Positions 54,901 through 64,000 of a DNA stretch of 64,000 nucleotides are shown here, piece after piece. How positions within the stretch are numbered: position 1 is the stretch's first letter; each line of letters begins with the position of its first letter. The position numbers were made by a program, and so were the translations under genes. The stretch covers positions 51,708,001 through 51,772,000 of the forward strand of contig NC_043012.1 in the NCBI RefSeq assembly GCF_006345805.1. Reading direction: 5' to 3'. Under the pieces are notes generated by a model, which worked only from the letters and a program-made list of their open reading frames with translations, was not told where the DNA came from and searched no databases. The DNA comes from Octopus sinensis. Taxonomy: Eukaryota.

Positions 54901-57203
54901 CGTAACGGGGGTGGAAACCATATCCCTTCGCTCTTAATGTAATGAATATGTAAAGTATATGAAAAATGCGCGAATTGGTGAAGAGGCGCATTGGAATAGG
55001 TAAATAGTTGAGATTATCGACAGTAAACGATCTTGAGCGAAGCGCTGTTTAAAACATTCAAAGGAAACTCAATGAATATTCTGCCACTTTTGCCTAGATA
55101 CAATTCCTGCTTCGAAAAGTAATCGATGACATGGGTGTTCAACCTATAATTTATCGCCTTCTTTCTCCTAGCTATATATTGTCTCCGAAATAAATTTAAT
55201 TGGTACCCTCCAAAGGCAAACGAACAATTGTGTTCTTCATGACGGTGATGGAGATGCCCATATACAGCTAACGGCTTAATGTTGTGATATATTCGTTAAA
55301 CCGATCATTATCTCATTTCAAATTGCATGCTAAGATTCTACTTCAAACATTAGACAAATGCGATCGGCTAGAGGTGGTAGCATAAAGTTATACGTGCCGA
55401 CTCAATGTTACGCCTCTAACAAAATAAAACGTCTCATTCACGTTCACCGTATAACTAACTCATCTGTTCATCTCACATTCCAGCCCGTGCTACTTTGTGT
55501 AAAATATTAGAATTACCTCTTGATCAAGCAAAGAAGTTTGGAAGAATTAGTTAAAGTCACTATAAGAAAAATAATTTTATCGATACTGACAAAGATGAGC
55601 GTAATGATCCTAATAGCAATTGAATATAGACTGATCATAATGGAAAGGATTTTGATAATTAATCTAAGGGTGATAATTATGATTTTGTTCAGAATTCATT
55701 TCAGCAGTATTATCATAAAATAATTACAAATATGCAAGACATTCATAGATATTTATGTCACTATTGAAATTTGCGTCCAAATAAACAGCGTGTTTCAATT
55801 AGACCGATTGGAAAGCATTTTCCTCTCATCAATTGTACAATTAATAATCTCTACTGCTTACAGTTCATTAACTGAAACTTTCCCTAGGCATCTTTACTGT
55901 GATTTTCAGAATCTGTAAGCAGGGTACTTAGCACTAATTATGTCTGGTAATGTACAGATAATGTGTAGGGCATAGTAGTGAAATATTTCATTTAATAAGT
56001 GAGAAACAAAGGAGACATGAGTATGATATTACAAGGTAGAAATACTAAATTGTGGTAGTAGCAATAACAATCATAAACAAAAGTGAGGGTAAAGGAACGG
56101 TGATAACTGATGTAAACGAATAAACGAACATTAAAATCTGGAACAATATGTAGATGATACATCTCACTGAATCTAAAATTGAAGACGTCAAATTTTGGCC
56201 GGTAGAGAATATCGACTTTAGCAGCAATGCATTGTAAAAGACATTGAACAATACATAATTGCAATGAAATGTATTTTAATTTATATTCCTATCATGCTAT
56301 CGTCTTGGCATTATTTCCCGTTATACTTTAGAGATTTTCTAAAACATCGCAGTACCTATTGATAACTAGAATTCTCAAGATGGTCAAATTATTAGATACA
56401 ACCGAGAGCATTATGTTTAAAGCAGAAACCAAAAATAAATTTTGTATTCATATTAAAACTTTTTGTTATTTTTAAAATATTTCCTTTACTGCTGACTTGC
56501 ATTCTAATTAAGGATTGGAATGAATTTGGAAACAAATATGATGTGTAAAATGAAAAAACAAAAACTACGAGAGAAAAAGTTCTCTGTCAGCGTAAACTTA
56601 ATTTCTTTAGATGTTCGAGCATGTCATATTGATAAACAAAACATTAATAGTTCGAAAATATTAATACATATAATTTAATATCAAAGCCTTGACACAATTA
56701 TATGATATATGTATAATGAAATCCATCGTGTATGGGAATTCATTAAATATTAATTATAATATATTGCTTAATTACTTAAACTGATTACATGTAAAGGTTT
56801 ATGATAATCCCCTACGTTATTGTAAATATTTTATACGGCACCATGCATGGAAACCAAATCGATTCTCAATTAAAATTCTTGAATATGAGAGAAGAAAAGA
56901 ATAGAGGGCTAGGTGGTGTCTTACGGTATTCAGGGAATGATGTTTCGTATGTTGTCACATCCAGAGAACTAGTTCGTAATGTAACTCCCAAGAAATTTAG
57001 AATTCTGCAATAGATTCCATTTATGAAACAACGGTAAAGTCTTCAAAATGGGGCCTAAGCTGTCAAGAAAGTGGAGCCAAATATTCATCCAACCTCAACC
57101 CAACTAGGTACTCTTTTCTTGGGAGAGAAAACAGATCTTCTAAAACTACATTATCTTATGTCTGAAATTAACATAGATATTAGCAGCTAAAATGTATGCA
57201 TAC

Positions 57204-57308
57204 GCTCAATCTGGGTTAACTTGGGACTAAACAATAATAACATGAGCTCCATAACATCGTGGAGGCATCTACCAGCAGGGGAGCTCTGTAGTGGCGCATT
57301 AGCCTTGA
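57204..57308 (-). CDS. Candidate 105-nt symmetric exon
   Basis: Acceptor tatgtgtctctAG, donor GAGC|GTATGC, open phase 1-1 frame KANAPLQSSPAGRCLHDVMELMLLLFSPKLTQIE. Confidence 0.3.
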
Positions 57309-57608
57309 CTAGAGACACATAGTTTGGATATGAGTAGAGTAAAATATATAAAAGAAATAGAAAAAATGTCATTAGTTATCAAAGAAACGGAAACCATGTA
57401 TAAATCTTGAGCAATGATTTTTCCTACTTGGGATATAGATTTTAGATGCACTATACAAGAAGATAGCTTTTAAAAGCACGAAACAGTTTGAATAGTATAT
57501 AGAAAAAAAGGGCGTCATTGATACATGATTCAACAGGAAAAAAAATGGGTTTATCACTGATCAATCCGGTTCAATGATTTGATTGATCAACGCTTAGAGA
57601 GCCAAAAG

Positions 57609-57646
<38 letters not shown>

Positions 57647-57790
57647 GATGCTGCTGCTGCTGCTGCTGCTGCTAGAAGAAGATCAATAGATAGAATGGTA
57701 ATAACTACAGAAATCATGAGGAAGGTTTCAAAAGCGGTTCACTGCAATCTATTTGAAATTTGTACATGCCATGAAAAATTTATAAAATAA

Positions 57791-57960
57791 TAGGCGCAAG
57801 AGTTGCTATGCGGCAAGACGATTGCTTCCAAAACACATGGTTCTGAGTTCATTCCCATGAAGTGATAGATTAGACAAATATTTTCTACTCTAGCCTTGTA
57901 CCGATCAAAGCTTTGTGACAGTGGATTTGGTACACAGGAACTGAAAGATGACCATCATGT
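57791..57960 (+). mobile_element. Degenerate SINE 5' half
   Basis: Similar to the head and body of 19964-20160. Confidence 0.65.
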
Positions 57961-58623
57961 GTGTGTATTCATATATATATATATATATATAGTTGTAGTA
58001 GTAATAGAAAAGGAGGAACTTCGATTATCCCCACGTGGTGAGTTGTAATATATATAAGTATTTAAAAAACGAAAATATACACACTTTACATAGTTATAAA
58101 GATAAAGATAGTTATAAAGAAAAAGGAAACTGCCAGCAGAGCAGCGTTGCGATTTAATTGACATACAACCTCCTCAGAATTGCTGGCCTTGTGCCAACAT
58201 TTGGAACTAATATTAAATAACGTTAGCAAAATTTACATAACACATATTGATCTAGCAAATTTGCTAATACAATGAATAACATTTTGGTACCACAATGTGA
58301 AAAATTATTCCAAGCAATCCATCTATTTATCAAAGGGAAATATTTTGATAAACATTTGAAACAAATTTAACTTGCCAATTCATCTAAACTTGCCCTAGGA
58401 TGCTAATGTAGTCAACTTATCCTCTTAAAAGCAAATTTACCGCCAAAGAATGCATAGATTCACATACATACATACTTAAATATAGATCTTATACGAATAG
58501 TTTTTCAAAAAATTAAGATATTAGAAGAAAGATTTACTTCAATTTAAAATTTTTTTCAAAAATTTTTTTCAGAAAGTGGAAGATGAGATTTGTGTAAACG
58601 GTTTGCAATGATTTAATTGATGC

Positions 58624-58703
<80 letters not shown>

Positions 58704-58710
58704 GTATACT

Positions 58711-58915
58711 CATTACAGATATAGGGTGAAAGATAATTAATTTAATAAAATCAACAAATTTCACCTAGTAGAATTTCGGTATGGAAAAGGACCATATTCG
58801 GTAAAAACTTATATAATTATAACAATAAGGGTTTTGCAACAAGTTGCTTGACCACATACCGAAAATTTTAGAAATAGCAGCCAAAGGACTACTATTTTCT
58901 TTTTCTACAAAAATA
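58711..58915 (-). mobile_element. Penelope-tail-like fragment, homolog of the long arm at 33131-33310
   Basis: TTTCACCTAGTAGAATTTCGGTATGGAAAAGGACC.. and TTGCTTGACCACATACCGAA..GAAATAGCAGCCAAA are shared. Confidence 0.7.
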
Positions 58916-59000
58916 TTTTTCCACTAACAACAATATTTGTAATTCATATTGTTATAAATATATATATATATATATATATAATATATATATATATATATAG

Positions 59001-59715
59001 ATAACGAACTGTGCAACATGTCCTACCCTATTGGAAGGATCAGAATTCTTCTTTAAAGAGGGACAGAAATTCAAGATCAAATCTAACTTTACTTGTGCCT
59101 CTGAAAACATAATTTATGTCATTAAATGCTCGGGCTGCCACCAAGACTACGTGGGGTCCACGGGACTATCACTCAGACGTAGATGCACACTGCATCGACA
59201 ACAGATTGCATTCCCAGAATATTGAATGATACCTTTTAGTGAACACATTGAGAAATGCGCAAAGCAACTACAACCACAATTTTTAATCTTTCCATTTTAC
59301 CAATGTGCTTTCGGATCATCATCACAAATTAGACTAAATAAGGAAACATTCTTCATTGAAAAGTACAAACCCAGACTCAACTATCCGAACTCAATAATAC
59401 AGAGAAATTCACACGAAAGGAAAAAAAAATTTTTAAGCGATTATCTCCCTTACACCGGAAGAAATCACTCACTACTTTCCCTTATTTAGAACTCTCCTTA
59501 GCAAAAATACAAGGATTACGTTATTAAAAATAAACATTAAGTCACAAGAAATTTGAAGAGCTAACTGCGAAACCGGTATTTCTTTAAAAATTATAAAATT
59601 ATGTCATTTTAAGAAAGGAAAAAAATTTTTCCAATATTCTCCAGACATTTTGACGCAAATATATATATTTTTTAACATTTAAGCCTCCTGTCGTTTTTTC
59701 ACTCTTTACTAATTT

Positions 59716-59720
<5 letters not shown>
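59001..59720 (+). mobile_element. Penelope-like element 3' fragment: GIY-YIG endonuclease + 3' UTR
   Basis: NCATC..FTCASENIIYVIKCSGCHQDYVGSTGLSLRRRCTLHRQQI..SEHIEKC..RLNKETFFIEKYKPRLN, one AGA-to-TGA stop at about 59223; (TA)n both sides. Confidence 0.88.
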
Positions 59721-59804
<84 letters not shown>

Positions 59805-59855
59805 ATATATTATATAATATATATATATATATACATATATACATATATACATATA

Positions 59856-59897
<42 letters not shown>

Positions 59898-59916
59898 AAG
59901 ATATTTATATATATAC

Positions 59917-59949
<33 letters not shown>

Positions 59950-60309
59950 CGAAGCAGAATTCAGAAACTTTCGGTATTATCTATTACTATTAATCACTAC
60001 ACATGTTTCATTTGAAAATATATGTTACAAAATTGTACTTGTAGGTGTAACGATAAATTTAATGCGATTTAATATCAAAATAACAAATTTAATTTTAATA
60101 GGGGAACAGTAATATTAAGTTATACATTTTGAATTATATGTACAATTCTAGAAGGGACTGAAGACAAGTGAATTACGATGAAAGCTGTTGGTAACTGATG
60201 TTAATTATAGGGGCGGCGGATCGATTATTTGCGATGGCAATAAAAACAGCGGCCTTCGGCGTGGAGCAACTGCATACATAAGCAATTGTACATCCCAAGA
60301 CGATAGAGG

Positions 60310-60344
<35 letters not shown>

Positions 60345-60347
<3 letters not shown>

Positions 60348-61073
60348 AGAGATAATGGTGTCATTGAGACCTAAAGGTGTTAGGTGATGCAGAATAAGTG
60401 TTATAGACAGACCATAGTTAAGTTCCAGATTCGGTAATGTTGCGAATAAGGGGTTCAAAGTTAGCGTGTGTATATAAGATTTTTTTGCATAATAAGAGAA
60501 AATAAACAAGGCTGTATAAATATTAGAGCATTTATAGTTAGGTCTTACAGCTGTTTCTAGGATGTTTATTAATTATATCCCTTCATCGGAAACGGTATGA
60601 AAGGATGGTTAAGTCGTAGTTAGTTGAGATGTGATACAAATAAAATGTGAGCTGGAGGAAAGAAAATAGATGCAAGATATGTATGGATATTGAAGTTGTA
60701 AATTCATTTTTTAGGCATAGTGGTATATATGCAATATTTCAATATCCTATGAGTAAATTCCAAAAGTCGAACAGAGTTTAAACTGGATGTTATTGCCTGT
60801 TAAGATGATAGTACAGTACAGTATGAAGCTGCTCCAACTTCGAAGATCACACTGTGTTATCCAGTAGTATTATTATACATACTTCCAGATTTGCTTTTTG
60901 GTTCCTGTAGTATATGGTTGGAGTCAACCATAAGGGGGTCGGTTGAACATTTATTTAATACACACAGTGACTGCTACACACTCCAGAACACAACAGTCAG
61001 ATAGGATGCTCTTCAAGCAGACAATTTGAATTCGCGGGGATATAATTTATATGTCGCCTGAGGAAACACATTA
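60345..61073 (-). mobile_element. Penelope-tail-like cassette between (TA)n tracts
   Basis: Unique block bounded by (TA)n, containing a hammerhead motif; coding remnants too decayed to read. Confidence 0.55.
60542..60593 (-). ncRNA. Minimal hammerhead ribozyme, U4C core variant
   Basis: GTTT-CCGATGA-A-GGGAT-ataattaataaac-ATCCTA-GAAA-CAGCTG-TA|AGAC; palindromic stem III ACAGCTGT, GUA site; stem II base imperfect. Confidence 0.65.
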
Positions 61074-61376
61074 TGTATATATATGTATATATATATATAA
61101 GTATATATATATATATATATATGAGTACAAGTTAAGATATATATACCTCAGAAGGATAGAAATATCCAAGATTAGATTGGGTGAATACCTAATAATATAG
61201 GAACACGCATATATATTATTATTATAATAGTTATTATATTATTATAAAAGAAAAAGAGAGATGAAGATAGGGTTAATAGAACTATATTAATACATTCACA
61301 AGACCTACATTTGTTTCAATTCATCGCTTATGTATTAATAAAATTTTATTAATTGTGTTTCTTTCTTCTCTCTTGG

Positions 61377-61427
<51 letters not shown>

Positions 61428-62524
61428 TATATAGGAAAAATTTCAAATGGAGACAAACGCTCAATATGTTATTAAATCAATTATGTCTTCATATCATCGA
61501 CATATGTTTTGATGGATGCATTCAAAATACATCCGATAGGTTGAAAAATGATCAGCAATGCATCAATCTCATCAGGTAGCAGTGCTCATCAAATAAACAG
61601 ATGTGGCGTATATAAATATGTATATGCTCACATGCACGAACAAACATATATAGGCACATATGTAAAGATACATATACACACACACACACTCATACGCACA
61701 TTTACTTATATACATATACACACACTCATACATGTACATACATACACATCTATATATATGCACATACATACATACACACATAAAAATACTCACAACACTC
61801 ATATATACATACGCATACGTTTATAGATGTGTACGACCACGTACTTAGGCACATAAACACTCGTACACATACGCATACATGCATAAGATCATTCACATAC
61901 CGGAAGCATAGAAACATATAAATAAATACTTACGTACACAAACACACACTTACATAAACATAGATACATATTTGTACACATACATACTATATAAATATAT
62001 ACAAGAATAAATACAGATAAACACGCATATACATATATGGAAAGCTAAGCAGTGAAGGCTAAAATTTGAAAATAGCATTAAGGAAATATATATTATTGGG
62101 TGAGAGAAGAACAGATGTAGATAAATAGGGAGGGGGAAAGGGGAAAATATAGTTAAAACAGAGAGGAGAGAGGAACGGGAAAATTGGATAGATAAAAGAT
62201 GGGAAGAAAAGATGAAGGTAGGAATAAAGGTTATGGGAAGTAAGAATGAAGAATAAAGAAAATATAATTTGCAGAAATTATTATTAGGTACGGGAAAGAT
62301 ACTGCTTTAAAGAGGCGAAAGAGTGTCTTTTCTGATGTGAACACCTGTAAACTCGCACCGTAAATGTATTCATCGGTTTATGTTTGGAAAAGGGGATAGA
62401 AAATTGTTCTTTCGCTCAGAGAGGACAAAAAGATTTCCATTTGTCATAAGGGAATGATCTAGATGAATTTTTCCAATCTAAAGAAAAACGTTAGACTCTT
62501 TCAGGTGCCCGATTACTATACAAA

Positions 62525-62900
62525 GTGTGGAGGCGCAATGGCCCAGTGGTTAGGGTAGCGGACTCGCGGTCATAGGATCGCGGTTTCGATTCCCAGACCG
62601 GGCGTTGTGAGTGTTTACTGAGCGAAAACACCTAAAGCTCCACGAGGCTCCGGCAGGGATGGTGGTGATCCCTGCTGTACTCTTTCTCTCACTCTTACTT
62701 CCTGTTTCTGTTGTATCTGTATTTCAAAAGGCCGGCCTTGTCACTCTCTGTGTCACGCTGAATATCCCCGAGAACTACGTTAAGGGTACACGTGTCTGTG
62801 GAGTGCTCAGCCACTTACACGTTAATTTCACGAGCAGGCTGTTCCGTTGATCGGATCAACCGGGACCCTCGTCGTCGTAACCGACGGAGTGCTTCCACCA
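62525..62900 (+). mobile_element. Full-length tRNA-derived SINE
   Basis: A box TGGCCCAGTGGTTAG and B box GGTTTCGATTCCC, central body and 3' module ending GTAACCGACGGAGTGC. Confidence 0.9.
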
Positions 62901-63256
62901 CTATACAAAGTCCTGTGGAATTACTCTTACGGTTGTATCTGAAGGTAGTCTGTCTGGATTTCCAATCCAATATAGAAAAATTCCTATATATATTTCTCCT
63001 AAATACGTCTCGCTTCTCCACGGAATCAAATCCCACGAAAGTGTGAGCGTTGTTTCCTTGGACATTTAAGCAACATTTTGTTACCTTGTAAAAATTTCCC
63101 TCTCCTCTGTCTCTATTTTAACTTTTTCTCCTTCCCCCACTCCCTATTTATCTATATCTTTATATATGAATATACTTAGAATAAATAAATAGCCATAATA
63201 TAATGTCTATCAGTTGATGAATATCATTTCTGTATCCCCTTCATTTTCTTCTTGTC

Positions 63257-63342
<86 letters not shown>

Positions 63343-63408
63343 ATATATATATATTATTGTATATATATAATATAATATATATACATAACATATATATAAC
63401 ATAATATA

Positions 63409-63439
<31 letters not shown>

Positions 63440-63458
63440 GTAATATATTATATACAAC

Positions 63459-63476
63459 TAAAAGAAGCCCGTCGTA

Positions 63477-63526
<50 letters not shown>

Positions 63527-63750
63527 ATGCGTGGTGTGTGTGTGTTTGTGTGTCTGTGTTTGTCCCCTAGCATTGCTTGACAACAGATGGTGGTGTGTTT
63601 ATGTCCCCCGTTCAGCAAAAGAGACCGATAGAATAAGTACTGGGCTTACAAAAGAATAAGTCTCGGGGTCGAGTTGCTCGATTAAAAGCGGTGCTCCAGC
63701 ATTGCTGCAGTCAAATGACTGAAACAAGTAAAAGAGTAAAAGAGAGAGTA
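63459..63750 (+). mobile_element. 5'-truncated SINE
   Basis: AAAGAAGCCCGTCG, internal microsatellite, 3' half as at 1-209. Confidence 0.85.
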
Positions 63751-63859
63751 AGTGTATATATATATATACGTGTGTGTTTGTGCGTGTGTGTGTGTATTTG
63801 TGCATACACATGCATGTACTTATACTCACATACATTTTCATTAAAATATACACACAAAC

Positions 63860-63917
<58 letters not shown>

Positions 63918-63927
63918 TGATAGATAG

Positions 63928-63958
<31 letters not shown>

Positions 63959-63962
63959 GATT
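63860..63962. repeat. (GATA)n microsatellite
   Basis: Direct reading. Confidence 0.95.
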
Positions 63963-64000
63963 AGTATATTTGTGCAGGCACGCTGATAAATACATAGGCA

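Noticed and set aside
60158-60190. CTGAAGA...GAAA on the plus strand
   Set aside because: Stems I, II and III do not pair convincingly.
62530-62600. tRNA gene (also heads at 19964, 28862, 36600-36672, 51668)
   Set aside because: A/B boxes continue directly into SINE bodies; no complete cloverleaf or acceptor stem.

Overview
AT-rich, microsatellite-dense eukaryotic DNA. The SINE families and repeat landscape suggest a cephalopod, probably Octopus (inference from recall, not a database result). No complete host gene could be supported; only scattered low-confidence exon-like segments were seen. The window is dominated by mobile elements. These are a near full-length RLE-type R4/Dong-clade non-LTR retrotransposon (7087-11622, minus) flanked by (AAT)n-type repeats and carrying a 24-unit 25-26 bp 5' tandem array; Tx1/L1, Hero-like and further R4 fragments; an internally deleted mariner; a Chapaev-like remnant; several MITEs; many tRNA-derived SINEs; and at least three GIY-YIG (Penelope-like) 3' fragments. 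The most interesting signal is a set of short Penelope-related cassettes sitting in (TA)n tracts. Several contain minimal type I hammerhead ribozyme motifs (canonical, U4C and a G3:C8 compensatory core variant), and several share a fold-back architecture (short inverted arm plus long arm). All structures were read by eye and none was computed.
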